The notes under the pieces were generated by a model. The model was given only the letters and a program-made list of their open reading frames with translations, searched no databases and was not told the origin of the DNA. Position numbers and translations under genes: made by a program. From Sulfurihydrogenibium sp. (GTDB taxonomy: Bacteria > Aquificota > Aquificia > Aquificales > Hydrogenothermaceae), in NCBI RefSeq assembly GCF_028276765.1, contig NZ_JAPYVU010000002.1, positions 6,066-70,065 of the forward strand: a DNA stretch of 64,000 nt. Direction: 5' to 3'. Numbering within the stretch: position 1 is the stretch's first letter; every line of letters begins with the position of its first letter. Below are positions 18,188-29,868 of this stretch, piece by piece.

Positions 18188-18408
18188 GTCATTCTATAGC
18201 CGGCAAAGAATCTCACTTTTTCATTTTCTAAAAGATAAGATCCTTCACTTCGTTCAGGATGACAAAGAACGACCCAATGGTGTCATTCTGCAGCCGGCGA
18301 AGAATCTCATGTTTTTCTTTTAAAGTCAGAAAATCAAAAAAGTGGTTCTTCGGACTAAAGTCCTCAGATGACAGGAAAAGATAAACTTACGAGAATTTTG
18401 GAACACTA
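18188..18408 (+). repeat. mosaic cluster immediately after the CRISPR trailer: D, B, then a complete D-C-B-A unit (18282-18408)
   Basis: GTCATTCTATAGCCGGCAAAGAATCTC (18188-18214), GATCCTTCACTTCGTTCAGGATGACA (18239-18264), GTCATTCTGCAGCCGGCGAAGAATCTC...AAAATCAAAAAAGTGGTTCTTCGGACTAAAGTCCTCAGATGACAGGAAAAGATAAACTTACGAGAATTTTGGAACAC. Confidence 0.9.
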
Positions 18409-18463
18409 TTATCAAAAATGCTATAATAAATACTCTTAAATACTCTATTTCGGGTGATTAAAA

Positions 18464-19534
18464 TTGATTACAGACTCAGAAAAACAAAAACTTATTGACT
18501 ATACAATAAAGCTTGTTAATATTCCATCTGTTATAGGCAATGAAAAAGAAATAGCAAACTTTGTAGAAGATTTTTTGAAAAATTACAATCTAAACATCAT
18601 CAGACACAACAATTCTATAATAGCTTATGATAAATTAGAGCCATCAAAAAAGACAATTGGGTTTATTGGTCATCTTGATACAGTACCCGGAACAAATGAT
18701 TTTACCGGTCAAATAATAGAAGATAGGATATACGGACTTGGTGCAAGTGATATGAAAGGTGGTCTTTCTGTTATGATGGCTTTGATAGACCACTTTTCTG
18801 ATAAAGAAAAATCATACAATACTATCTATGTATTTTACGAAAAAGAAGAAGGTCCTTATGTAGATAATGGATTAGAGCCGTTATTGTCTCAATATAATAT
18901 AATTCAAAAATCAGATTTAGCCTTTGCCTTAGAGCCAACTAACAACATCGTTCAGGTCGGATGTCTTGGAACGATGCATGTATCAGTAATTTTTGAAGGA
19001 AAAAGAGCCCATTCGGCAAGACCATGGCAGGGAGAGAATGCAATCCATAAATCTGTAAACTTTCTAAAAAGACTTTCTGAGTTTGGAATAAAAGAATATG
19101 ATTTTCAGGGAATTAAATACTATGAAGTTATGAACGCTACAATGGTTAGCTTTTCTGGCGGAAGAAATATAATTCCGGATAAATTTGAGATAAATGTAAA
19201 TTACAGATTTGCACCGGGTAAGTCAATAGAGCAGGCAAAAGAAGAGCTTTTAAATCTTGTAAACAATGAAGCAAAGGTTGAGTTTACAGACGTTGCACCA
19301 TCCGGCAATGTTTGTCTTGATAATCCAATTTTAAAAGATTTTATATCTAAGTACAATCTGCCAATAGAAGCAAAGCAGGCTTGGACAGATGTTGCAAGGC
19401 TATCCTTATACGGAATTGATGCTGTAAACTTTGGACCCGGAGACCCGGCCCAAGCACATCAAAAAAATGAATACATTCCTATAAAAAACTTGTTTGATAG
19501 TTATGAAATTTTCAAAGATTTTCTAAGTCATTAA
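18464..19534 (+). CDS. M20 family metallopeptidase (DapE/ArgE-like desuccinylase/deacetylase)
   Basis: 356 aa. GHLDTVPG and GASDMKGG metal/catalytic blocks. TTG start with GGGTGA SD. Confidence 0.75.
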   Translation: MITDSEKQKLIDYTIKLVNIPSVIGNEKEIANFVEDFLKNYNLNIIRHNNSIIAYDKLEPSKKTIGFIGHLDTVPGTNDFTGQIIEDRIYGLGASDMKGGLSVMMALIDHFSDKEKSYNTIYVFYEKEEGPYVDNGLEPLLSQYNIIQKSDLAFALEPTNNIVQVGCLGTMHVSVIFEGKRAHSARPWQGENAIHKSVNFLKRLSEFGIKEYDFQGIKYYEVMNATMVSFSGGRNIIPDKFEINVNYRFAPGKSIEQAKEELLNLVNNEAKVEFTDVAPSGNVCLDNPILKDFISKYNLPIEAKQAWTDVARLSLYGIDAVNFGPGDPAQAHQKNEYIPIKNLFDSYEIFKDFLSH

Positions 19535-20066
19535 GCTGTTTGATGCCGTCATAAGTATAAGTCAGCACAGATAAAACCATAACAATAAAAGTTATGATTA
19601 AAGCTGATTCATAAAGTAAATGGTTGTAAAGATTTGTAAAAACGTTTGAAATTAAAACATAAATTACTGTAAATATCTGTAAAAAAGTTGTCATTTTTCC
19701 AAAAAAAGAGGGCCTGACTCTTAAACTTCCTTTGATTAGATAAATCAAAAAACTTCCTGCAAGGATATAAACATCTCTTGATATTGCAAATAATATAAAC
19801 CAAAAAGGAAACTTTATAGATAATTCCGAGTTAAAAATGAATACAAAAGCTGAAACGAGTAGAGTTTTGTCTGCTATTGGGTCAAGAATTTTACCAAGCT
19901 GTGTTTCTTGATTATACTTTCTTGCAAGATAGCCATCTATCGCATCAGTTAAACCGGCAATAGTAAAAGTTATTAAGGCAAAAATAGGCATGTTGTACCA
20001 AAGAAATGCTATAAAAACAGGAACGAGGATGATTCTTAAAAGTGTAAGAAGGTTAGGCAGATTCAT
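19512..20066 (-). CDS. pgsA: CDP-diacylglycerol--glycerol-3-phosphate 3-phosphatidyltransferase
   Basis: 184 aa. CDP-alcohol phosphatidyltransferase motif [27 protein letters not shown]. Multiple TM helices. Confidence 0.88.
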   Translation of the reverse strand: MNLPNLLTLLRIILVPVFIAFLWYNMPIFALITFTIAGLTDAIDGYLARKYNQETQLGKILDPIADKTLLVSAFVFIFNSELSIKFPFWFILFAISRDVYILAGSFLIYLIKGSLRVRPSFFGKMTTFLQIFTVIYVLISNVFTNLYNHLLYESALIITFIVMVLSVLTYTYDGIKQLNDLENL

Positions 20067-20508
20067 TTTTTACTTTTTCTATAATCTTTGTTGTAGAGGT
20101 GTCATAAACAAAGTCTATTGTATAAACCTTGCCACCATAAGACATGACAAAATCTGCACCAACAATATTTTCTATCTTCCAATCTCCACCTTTCACAAGT
20201 ACATCGGGTTTAATTTCTTTTATTAGTCTTTCCGGTGTATCTTCTTCAAAAACAATGACTAAATCTACCGGTTTTAAAGCTTGTAAAACTTTTTTTCTTT
20301 GGTCTACCGGGTTTACCGGTCTGGTTGGTCCTTTTAATCTTTTTACAGACTCATCACTGTTTAATCCAACAACAAGAAAATCTCCAAGAGATTTTGCTTT
20401 TTCTAAATAATCTACATGTCCGGCATGGATAATATCAAAACATCCATTTGTAAATACAATTTTCTTTCCTTTCTCTCTTTCTTTTTGGATAATATCTAAA
20501 TAGTCCAT
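20053..20508 (-). CDS. D-glycero-beta-D-manno-heptose 1-phosphate adenylyltransferase (RfaE domain II-type cytidylyltransferase)
   Basis: 151 aa. [17 protein letters not shown] nucleotidyltransferase motif and RPVNPVDQR. Confidence 0.85.
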   Translation of the reverse strand: MDYLDIIQKEREKGKKIVFTNGCFDIIHAGHVDYLEKAKSLGDFLVVGLNSDESVKRLKGPTRPVNPVDQRKKVLQALKPVDLVIVFEEDTPERLIKEIKPDVLVKGGDWKIENIVGADFVMSYGGKVYTIDFVYDTSTTKIIEKVKNESA

Positions 20509-20509
20509 A

Positions 20510-20836
20510 TTATCTCCTTGGCACTATTATAATGTAGTTTAGCAAAAAAATAGGAAAAGATATTAAAAAATATATGCTATTGTTAAAAATTATGGAGATA
20601 AAAAATCCTGCGATTAAGGGAATATATCCAAGGATAAGCTGATTTTTGAAAGATATCTTTTTTCTGCTAAAAAACAGATAAGCCGGTAAAACAGAAAAAA
20701 TGGATAAAATATAAACCGGATAGCCAATATCAAATGGACTTAAAGGTATTTTTAAAAGTATCAATAAAGCAAAAAAGATAAAACTGCTAAATAAAAATGC
20801 AAAGTAAAGCTTTCTTTTTTCTAAAAGCTGGCCCAA
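20510..20836 (-). CDS. small integral membrane protein, unknown function
   Basis: 108 aa, about 3 hydrophobic helices. Tightly packed between neighbouring genes on the same strand. Confidence 0.4.
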   Translation of the reverse strand: MGQLLEKRKLYFAFLFSSFIFFALLILLKIPLSPFDIGYPVYILSIFSVLPAYLFFSRKKISFKNQLILGYIPLIAGFFISIIFNNSIYFLISFPIFLLNYIIIVPRR

Positions 20837-20838
20837 CC

Positions 20839-21651
20839 TTAACTTCCAACTCTCTTAATAAAACCTTTTATGTCATGCGCTCTTTGATAGTCTCTTGCTT
20901 CTTTTTCAGTTTTAAACTTTCCAACTAACACTTTATGAAGTCCATTTTCTTCTATGATGTAAGCATTAGGATATTTTGCTTTTTCTATTTCAGCCTTTTC
21001 TCTTGTTGAAAATGCTCCTACTTGAATAGAAAATCCACCGGATGATATTAATGAAGTTGTTTCTTTGCTATCAACATTCTTATTTTCTTTTGGTTCTTCA
21101 TGTTGTTTAGGTTTTTCTTCTTTTGCTTGTTCTTTAGAAATAGGTTTTTCTTGCTGCTTAGGTTTTTCGATTTGTTTTTCTGCTGTTTGTTGTTTTTCTA
21201 CTGATTTTGTTTTTTCAGGTTGTTTTTCAGATGGTTTTGGTTTTTCTTCTTTTGGCTGTTCTTTAGCTAATTGTTCTCTGGCTGGTTCTTTATCTTGAGC
21301 CGGTTTTTTAGTTTCTTCAGGTTTTAATTTGGACTGCCCTGTCAGCTGTTCTTCTTGCTCAGGTTGTGGCAGTTTAGGCTCAGCGGTTGGTTGCTGTGGT
21401 GGCTGGGTAGGTCGTGGTTGTGCTTGAATTTGTTGTGGTGGCGTTGCTGGTTTTTCTAAGTTTGTTGCTACTTTTATATCCGGCTCAGAAATTGTTTTTT
21501 CTGACTTAGAGTAATAATTTAATCCAAGAGCTATGAAAACAAGAGTTATCAATAATCCTGAAAGGAAAATAATCAATCTTTCCATCATTTCTTTTTTTCT
21601 TTTTTTCTTTATCTGCTGAACAGCTGCTTTTAAGTCTCTGTCTTCCATCAC
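20839..21651 (-). CDS. SPOR domain protein with TM anchor and P/Q/E/K-rich linker
   Basis: 270 aa. TM helix (LIIFLSGLLITLVFIALGL), low-complexity linker, C-terminal SPOR-like block FSIQVGAFSTREKAEIEKAK...HKVLVGKFKTEKEARDY. Confidence 0.75.
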   Translation of the reverse strand: MMEDRDLKAAVQQIKKKRKKEMMERLIIFLSGLLITLVFIALGLNYYSKSEKTISEPDIKVATNLEKPATPPQQIQAQPRPTQPPQQPTAEPKLPQPEQEEQLTGQSKLKPEETKKPAQDKEPAREQLAKEQPKEEKPKPSEKQPEKTKSVEKQQTAEKQIEKPKQQEKPISKEQAKEEKPKQHEEPKENKNVDSKETTSLISSGGFSIQVGAFSTREKAEIEKAKYPNAYIIEENGLHKVLVGKFKTEKEARDYQRAHDIKGFIKRVGS

Positions 21652-23309
21652 ATCCTCTCAACAGGTGTTATACCCATTATTTTAAATAAAGTCCTTAAAA
21701 CATTTCTAACCGCTTTTAATAAATATAGTCTTGCTTTCATTAACTTTTCGTTATTTTCTATCAAAAACTTATGATAATAATAATATTTGTGTAATCTTGA
21801 TGCAAGCTCATAAGTAATGTTGGTTATTTTGTGTGGCTGGTTTTTTATGGTTGCATCATAAATTTCGTCCGGAATGGTTGAGATATACTTCATCAAACTT
21901 CTTTCTAAATCTTCTTTTAATAAAGACAAATCAACCTCAAAATCTTCTTCTGGGTTAAAGTTAAATCGTTGCTGAGCTTCTCTAAAAACGCTACTTATTC
22001 TTGCATGGGCGTATTGGACATAAAACACCGGGTTTTCATTGCTTTTTTTAAGTGCAATGTCTATGTCAAAGTTTAAGTGTGTGTTTGGGTCCTTTGATGC
22101 AAAGAAATAGATAACTGCATCCTTTCCTACTTCTTCTACAAGTTCTCTAAGTGTTATAAAGTCTCCGGACCTTTTTGACATTTTCACTTCTTCACCGTTT
22201 TTAAAAAGCTTAACAAGCTGAATAAACAGTACATTTATCCAATCTTCTTTTACACCAAAAGCCATGATTGCAGCTTTTAACCTTGGGAAGTATCCGTGAT
22301 GGTCTGCTCCCCACACGTTTATTATAAAATCGTAGTTTCTCAAATACTTATCATAGTGATATGCTATATCTGCAGCAAAGTATGTATAGCTTCCGTCAGA
22401 TTTTCTTATTACTCTGTCTTTTTCATCTCCATAGAGAGACGTTTTTAGCCATAAAGCTCCATCTTTTTCATAAATTAACCCTTTACTTTCTAAAAATTTT
22501 AAAGCCTGTTCTACCTTTCCGTGCTGGTATAAATGTCTTTCACTATACCAAATATCAAACTCTACGCCGATAAGCTTTAAATCTTTTTTTATCTCATCAA
22601 GTAAAAAGTTCTTGGCATACTCAGCGCAAAATTCTATAGCTTCTTCTTCATCCAAGAAAGATAGCATTTTTTCTCTTTCATAATGATAAAGCTCTTTTGC
22701 TATGTCTTTTATATACTCTCCATGATAACCATCTTCCGGAAATGGATAACTTGGCTCTTCTATTTGTCTAAATCTTGCATAGACAGACATTCCAAGCTTT
22801 TTAATCTGATTTCCTGCATCGTTTATATAAAACTCCCTTTCAACTTTATACCCGATGTAATCATAAAGATTTGATAGTATGTTTCCTACTACTGCACCCC
22901 TACCATGTCCTAAATGAAGTGGTCCGGTTGGATTTGCGCTAACATATTCAATGTTTATCTTTCCTTTGTTTTTTTCTTTTGCTTTTCCAAACTCATCTTT
23001 TTCTTCAATTGCTTTGTTTAAGATTTGATGGTAAAAAGTATCAGAAATAAAAAGATTTATAAACCCACCGCCTGCTACTTCTACCTTTTCAAAGTAAGGG
23101 TCTTTTTCAAAGAGTGCTTTTAACTGGTTTGCAACTTCAAAAGGTTTTTTGTTTAGGCTTTTGCTGAGTATGAATGCTGCATTTGTTGACAGGTCGCCAA
23201 ATTTTTCTTCTTTTGGAGACTCTATTTTTATTTTATCTTCAACACCTTCAAATAAAAGATTGTTTTGTTTAAGAATGTTTAAAATTTTATCTCTAATCTC
23301 CTGCTTCAC
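21648..23309 (-). CDS. argS: arginine--tRNA ligase
   Basis: 553 aa. Class I HIGH variant SANPTGPLHLGHGRG and a KMSKRSG (KMSKS) motif. Confidence 0.96.
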   Translation of the reverse strand: MKQEIRDKILNILKQNNLLFEGVEDKIKIESPKEEKFGDLSTNAAFILSKSLNKKPFEVANQLKALFEKDPYFEKVEVAGGGFINLFISDTFYHQILNKAIEEKDEFGKAKEKNKGKINIEYVSANPTGPLHLGHGRGAVVGNILSNLYDYIGYKVEREFYINDAGNQIKKLGMSVYARFRQIEEPSYPFPEDGYHGEYIKDIAKELYHYEREKMLSFLDEEEAIEFCAEYAKNFLLDEIKKDLKLIGVEFDIWYSERHLYQHGKVEQALKFLESKGLIYEKDGALWLKTSLYGDEKDRVIRKSDGSYTYFAADIAYHYDKYLRNYDFIINVWGADHHGYFPRLKAAIMAFGVKEDWINVLFIQLVKLFKNGEEVKMSKRSGDFITLRELVEEVGKDAVIYFFASKDPNTHLNFDIDIALKKSNENPVFYVQYAHARISSVFREAQQRFNFNPEEDFEVDLSLLKEDLERSLMKYISTIPDEIYDATIKNQPHKITNITYELASRLHKYYYYHKFLIENNEKLMKARLYLLKAVRNVLRTLFKIMGITPVERM

Positions 23310-23625
23310 TTTTTCTCCTTCCTTTTATACAAATTATGTAGCTGATAAAGTTTAAATAGATAAAGATAACGGCTAAATTAATTATATCAAATTTAATGGC
23401 TACAAAAGGTGTAAAGACAAGAATTCCAATAGTGTAAATCTTTATAGGGCAATTTTTCGGCAGGTTTTGATTTTTTATTAAAAATGGAATAAAGATTAAT
23501 AGCCCAAGCAACCCAATATAGGTTAGGTCTAATTCTTGCTCATCAAGAAAATTTCTAAAAAATGGATATAAAAAGCTTATTAGCCAAGCTGTGATGATTA
23601 TAAGTAGTATGAGAAGTTTTGACAT
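23293..23625 (-). CDS. small integral membrane protein, unknown function
   Basis: 110 aa, 3-4 TM helices. Overlaps the argS start by 17 nt. Confidence 0.4.
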   Translation of the reverse strand: MSKLLILLIIITAWLISFLYPFFRNFLDEQELDLTYIGLLGLLIFIPFLIKNQNLPKNCPIKIYTIGILVFTPFVAIKFDIINLAVIFIYLNFISYIICIKGRRKSEAGD

Positions 23626-23629
23626 CCCT

Positions 23630-24226
23630 TTATTCCCTAACCAACTCCCTTATCAACTTGCTTCGTAAACTCTCTAAAAGCTCTACATTCTCTATCTCTA
23701 TCTGTGATGCTTCCTTTATACTTTTTCCCATCAAACCTTTTAAAAAATCAAACTCTTTGTTATTTAAATTCAATCTCTTTAAATCAAGCTCGCCGTTTAG
23801 GTAGGTTATCTTTAAAAGAAACAGAATTTCAAGAAGTTTTGGAAGTTTAGAAATGGTTAAAAAATACAAACTCTTTTTTAAAAGAATAAAGATTCTCTCA
23901 TCTTGGTGTGGTGCAAGCTTGTATGTAAAGTTAATGATGTTAAATCCTGCTTCAAATTTTTCTATATCTTGGCTTATGTAGTAGCCGATTTGCTTATAAG
24001 AATCTATCTCGGATATGATAAGCTTGTCTTTTATTTTGATCAGTACCGCTTTAAACCAACAAAATGGAGAAAGTATTGAATAAGGCATATTTTTTAGATA
24101 CTGACCGTTTTGAATGTATATGCTTTCTTTTCCAGATTTTTTTGTGTATACAGTAATAGTCAAATCTTTTTCGCCTACGAATTTTCTATTTAAAACAATA
24201 GCTTCATCTTTATAGACAGTTTCCAT
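23630..24226 (-). CDS. recO: DNA repair protein RecO (short form)
   Basis: 198 aa. N-terminal OB-fold-like block DEAIVLNRKFVGEKDLTITVYTKKSGK typical of RecO. Adjacent to polA. Confidence 0.7.
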   Translation of the reverse strand: METVYKDEAIVLNRKFVGEKDLTITVYTKKSGKESIYIQNGQYLKNMPYSILSPFCWFKAVLIKIKDKLIISEIDSYKQIGYYISQDIEKFEAGFNIINFTYKLAPHQDERIFILLKKSLYFLTISKLPKLLEILFLLKITYLNGELDLKRLNLNNKEFDFLKGLMGKSIKEASQIEIENVELLESLRSKLIRELVRE

Positions 24227-25989
24227 TACTCCTTATTCCAACTGTCAGAAACAACCATTTCAAAAGCAACAGGAACATCTTTTAAGATTAATTTTCCTGC
24301 TTTTTCCATAGATGAAGATAAAACCTCTTTTGCCTTTTCTATATCTTTTGCAGCAACTTCTACCAAGATTTCATCATGAACAAGATTAACAACCTTTGCA
24401 TCTAAATCGTTTCTTTCTTTAAAGAAAAACACAACAGCCATTTTTAATAAATCACTGCCTGAGCCTTGGATTGGGTAGTTAACTGCGTCTGTAAATTTGT
24501 ATGCTATTAGCTTTCTACCAAGCAACGTTTCAAGCTCAATAGACCTGTGTTTATCAAGATGTTCCTTAACTCTGTCATGCCAATCCTTAAAAGATTTGTA
24601 AAATTTAAAATAATTTTCATGAAATTTTTTAGCTTCCTGAAGAGATATACTGACGCCATAATTAGCCTTAGCATACTCTACTAGCGACTTTGGAGACATT
24701 CCATAGATTAAACCAAAGTTTATAGCCTTTGCAAGCTGTCTCTCTTCCTTTGTGATTTCATCATAACTTTTTCCGGTAATGATTGAAGCTGTTAGCTTGT
24801 GCAGGTCTTTACCTTCATTAAAGGCGGTAATCATGTTTTCATCTTTTGTATACTGGGCGGCAATTCTTAGCTCAATCTGAGAGTAGTCAGCCACTATAAA
24901 CTTATATCCTTCCTTAGGTTTAAACAGATATTTAAGATTTTTTGGTATGTTTTGAAGGTTTGGACGAAGGGATGACATTCTTCCTGTTGCTGCTCCAATC
25001 TGCTTAAACTCTCCGTAAACTCTTTCATTTCTTGTAAATTGTAGTATCTCTTTGATTTTATCAATTATTTTTTTGTCTGCTCTTAGTTTTAAAAGTAGTC
25101 TGACTTCTTCTATGTCTTCATAGTCTTTTAAGAAAACATCTTGAGATGAAAACGAACCTTTTTCTGTTTTTGGTAATTTAATTTTAAGTTTGTTTGTTAG
25201 ATAGTTTACCACCTGCTGTGGAGAAAATGGGTCTGCTCCTGTTTTTATTTTAAATTTCATATAGTCAGCTTGAAATTCTGATTCTTTTTGTTTTAGTAGT
25301 TTTCTTGCTTCTTCTTCATCTATCGGGATGCCTGAGAGTTCAATCTCTACAAGTGCCGGAAGTAAAGCCATTTCAAGTGCTGCTACCGGATTAATCACGC
25401 CAAAAACTTTAAAAGTTTCTCCTGATGCCTTTTTATGCAAATTATCTTGATTTAATTGATTTTTCTCTTCTTTAAAAAGATGTCTTAATGCGTCTATATC
25501 TTTTGCTGCGTATTCTATCTGCTCAGATGAAAGGTCTTTCGCCCACCAAGGTGATTTTTGATATGTTTTATCTACATCTAAGCTGACAAATCTTTTTGCA
25601 GACGCTGATAAAGAATGTCTTTGATTGCTGTCTCCTTTTGCCAATATCTGAGATGCTATCATAGTATCAAAAACGATTTTTGGAAGTATGTTTAGGTTTG
25701 TCTTTAAAAATTTTAAGTCAAACTTTAAGTTATGTCCAATAATTCCTTTGTTTTCTATCAGGTTTTGAATATGATTTTTAACCACTTCCGGATTTATCTT
25801 TAGTAAGTCGATGACAAAAGTATTCTCTTCATCACCAATTTGAATAAGCCTGATTTTATCATTGAAAAAATCTATGTTTTCAAAATCTTTTATCATTACT
25901 TCTGTATCTAAATACAGAAAAGGCTTATCTTGTAATACTTTTAGACTTTCAAGCTGATTTTCTTGTGTGATGTAGTTTATATCCATCAT
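24226..25989 (-). CDS. polA: DNA polymerase I, 3'-5' exonuclease + polymerase domains only (no 5' nuclease domain)
   Basis: 587 aa. Exo region LDTEV...; polymerase motif A (VADYSQIELRIAA), motif B (RQLAKAINFGLIYGM) and motif C (LVHDEILVE). Confidence 0.93.
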   Translation of the reverse strand: MMDINYITQENQLESLKVLQDKPFLYLDTEVMIKDFENIDFFNDKIRLIQIGDEENTFVIDLLKINPEVVKNHIQNLIENKGIIGHNLKFDLKFLKTNLNILPKIVFDTMIASQILAKGDSNQRHSLSASAKRFVSLDVDKTYQKSPWWAKDLSSEQIEYAAKDIDALRHLFKEEKNQLNQDNLHKKASGETFKVFGVINPVAALEMALLPALVEIELSGIPIDEEEARKLLKQKESEFQADYMKFKIKTGADPFSPQQVVNYLTNKLKIKLPKTEKGSFSSQDVFLKDYEDIEEVRLLLKLRADKKIIDKIKEILQFTRNERVYGEFKQIGAATGRMSSLRPNLQNIPKNLKYLFKPKEGYKFIVADYSQIELRIAAQYTKDENMITAFNEGKDLHKLTASIITGKSYDEITKEERQLAKAINFGLIYGMSPKSLVEYAKANYGVSISLQEAKKFHENYFKFYKSFKDWHDRVKEHLDKHRSIELETLLGRKLIAYKFTDAVNYPIQGSGSDLLKMAVVFFFKERNDLDAKVVNLVHDEILVEVAAKDIEKAKEVLSSSMEKAGKLILKDVPVAFEMVVSDSWNKE

Positions 25990-26564
25990 TCTAAATCTTG
26001 AAGCTCTATTGCTACAACTGTTTTTTCTAAAAGATTGTCTATCACTTCTTTCTCTTTATCTTCAAAAACCGGCTTAATCGCATCAGTTAGTAAAAATACT
26101 TGATATCCAAGATTTACACCGCCAATAGCTGTGTTTTTCACACAAAAATCTGTTGCCACACCACAAACAAATATTCTTCTTATTCCTCTTTCTTTTAATA
26201 AGCTATCTAAAACTGTATTTTGAAAACCTGAGTAAGCGTCAAAATCTTGTAAAAAACCTTTTGAAATGATAAATTTGTTGTCTAATGGGATTTTTAAGTC
26301 TGGATGAAACTTTGCACCTTCTGTATTTTGAACGCAATGAGGAGGCCATATTCCGCCAAATCCTTTAAAAGATATATGATTTTCCGGATGCCAATCTCGT
26401 GTAAAGAAAACAGGAAGCCCTTTGTTTTCAAATTTTTCTATGTATTTGTTTATCGTTGGAACGATTTTGTCAGCATCTTTTACAGGTAAAACTCCATACG
26501 GCATAAAATCATTTTGCATATCAACCACAACCAAAGCATCTTTATCTGCAAGCTTTACTCTCAT
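25986..26564 (-). CDS. isochorismatase-family hydrolase (nicotinamidase/pyrazinamidase-like)
   Basis: 192 aa. VVVDMQNDF, WPPHCV and VCGVATDFCV (catalytic Cys context). Confidence 0.8.
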   Translation of the reverse strand: MRVKLADKDALVVVDMQNDFMPYGVLPVKDADKIVPTINKYIEKFENKGLPVFFTRDWHPENHISFKGFGGIWPPHCVQNTEGAKFHPDLKIPLDNKFIISKGFLQDFDAYSGFQNTVLDSLLKERGIRRIFVCGVATDFCVKNTAIGGVNLGYQVFLLTDAIKPVFEDKEKEVIDNLLEKTVVAIELQDLE

Positions 26565-26917
26565 TTTTCTTCTTCCTCTTCTTGTTTTTCTTTACATTTT
26601 ATACATAAAGAAGCGATAGGTCTTACTTTTAATCTTTCGTATGGAATCTCGGCACCGCATGACTCACATATTCCATAAACGCCGTACTCTATTTTTTGTA
26701 AGGTTTGTTCTATTCTTTTTAAAAGCTTTCTTTCTCTGTCGAGATTCCGAAGTGTTAAGATTCTTGAAGTTTCAGCCTCTGCTCTTTCCATCTCATCGGC
26801 ACCTTCAAATGAAAGAGCTTCTCCTGTGTTTCTTTTGGTATCCTCTATCAGCTGATTTCTCCATTCAAGTAAGATGTTTTTAAGCTCCTCTATTTGCTCA
26901 GGTGTAAGGTGTTGCAT
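26561..26917 (-). CDS. DksA/TraR family C4-type zinc-finger protein
   Basis: CESCGAEIPYERLKVRPIASLCIKC forms CxxC-x17-CxxC. I prefer the internal ATG at 26917 (GAGG SD about 7 nt upstream) over the track start at 26947. Confidence 0.8.
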   Translation of the reverse strand: MQHLTPEQIEELKNILLEWRNQLIEDTKRNTGEALSFEGADEMERAEAETSRILTLRNLDRERKLLKRIEQTLQKIEYGVYGICESCGAEIPYERLKVRPIASLCIKCKEKQEEEEEK

Positions 26918-27004
26918 TTTTAACCTCAAACAAAATCTCAAATACATAATTTTATCACAATGTATAAATTAGAAGAAAAAGCTTTTAAATCAAGTGAAAG
27001 AGAA

Positions 27005-27268
27005 GAGTGCTGTAAAAATTCTTGTAAGCTTATCTTTCCGTATCATCCTGTGGCTGTAAGCCGAAGGGTCTTCTCTTTTAAAAATTAAGGAAAATAGGAG
27101 ATTCTTCGCTTCGCTCAGAATGACATCTTTGAGGTCAAGATTATTTGCCGGCTACAGAATGACAAATAAGGCAATCGTTAACATACTTTTGCTTTCTCTG
27201 TCATCCTGGGGCTGCAAAGCCGAAGGATCTCTTCTTTAAATTTTATAAAAAACAATAATTTCTCACCC
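27005..27268 (-). repeat. mosaic cluster: complete unit in reverse orientation (27005-27124), extra D and B hairpins, box E
   Basis: GAGTGCTGTAAAAATTCTTGTAAGCTTATCTTTCCGTATCATCCTGTGGCTGTAAGCCGAAGGGTC...GGAGATTCTTCGCTTCGCTCAGAATGAC; then TTTGCCGGCTACAGAATGAC, GTCATCCTGGGGCTGCAAAGCCGAAGGATCTC, and AATTTCTCACCC (27257-27268). Confidence 0.88.
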
Positions 27269-27318
27269 AAGTTATATTTTAACTTAGTTAATTTTCAAAT
27301 CATCTGATTTTCTAAAAC

Positions 27319-29522
<2,204 letters not shown>

Positions 29523-29573
29523 GGGATTAGGAGTTTAACTGTAAAGAAATTTCTCCCAATCCCAAATGTGAAA

Positions 29574-29765
29574 TCATACCGCTTTTTTAACTTTTCCAGC
29601 CTTTAAACACTTAGCACATACATAAATTCTTTTTGTAGAACCATCCTCAAGAACTACTCTAACTCTTCTAAGGTTAGGCTTCCAAGTTCTTCTTTCTGTT
29701 GTAGCTGAGTGTGCTACAGTATTTCCAAAAACAGTTTTTTTACCACATATTTGACAAACAGCCAT
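29574..29765 (-). CDS. rpmB: 50S ribosomal protein L28
   Basis: 63 aa. MAVCQICGKKTVFGNTVAHSATTERRTWKPNL. Confidence 0.95.
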   Translation of the reverse strand: MAVCQICGKKTVFGNTVAHSATTERRTWKPNLRRVRVVLEDGSTKRIYVCAKCLKAGKVKKAV

Positions 29766-29811
29766 CTTATAATCCTCCTTACAAAAATTAGAAGAAATAT
29801 TATATCATAAC

Positions 29812-29868
29812 ACGTCGGATGAGAAATTTAATAAAAACATAAGATTCTTAGCTTAACTGAGAATGACA
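29812..29868. repeat. box E (reverse) plus D-like hairpin
   Basis: GGATGAGAAATT (29817-29828) and AAGATTCTTAGCTTAACTGAGAATGAC (29841-29867). Confidence 0.7.

Noticed and set aside
18013-18231. 72-aa track ORF overlapping the last CRISPR repeats
   Set aside because: It is composed of translated CRISPR repeats (LQPTYEELK twice) plus hairpin D, so it is an artefact.
20839-21651. P/Q/E/K-rich repeats in the SPOR protein, and E/K repeats in RNase Y (10600-11250), as tandem-repeat elements
   Set aside because: These are low-complexity or coiled-coil linker regions inside normal proteins, not DNA-level repeat elements of independent interest.
24226-25989. Short PolA lacking the 5' nuclease domain as a novelty
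   Set aside because: A Klenow-like PolA with a separately encoded 5' nuclease has been described in Aquifex and relatives, as far as I recall. It is recorded as a feature only.
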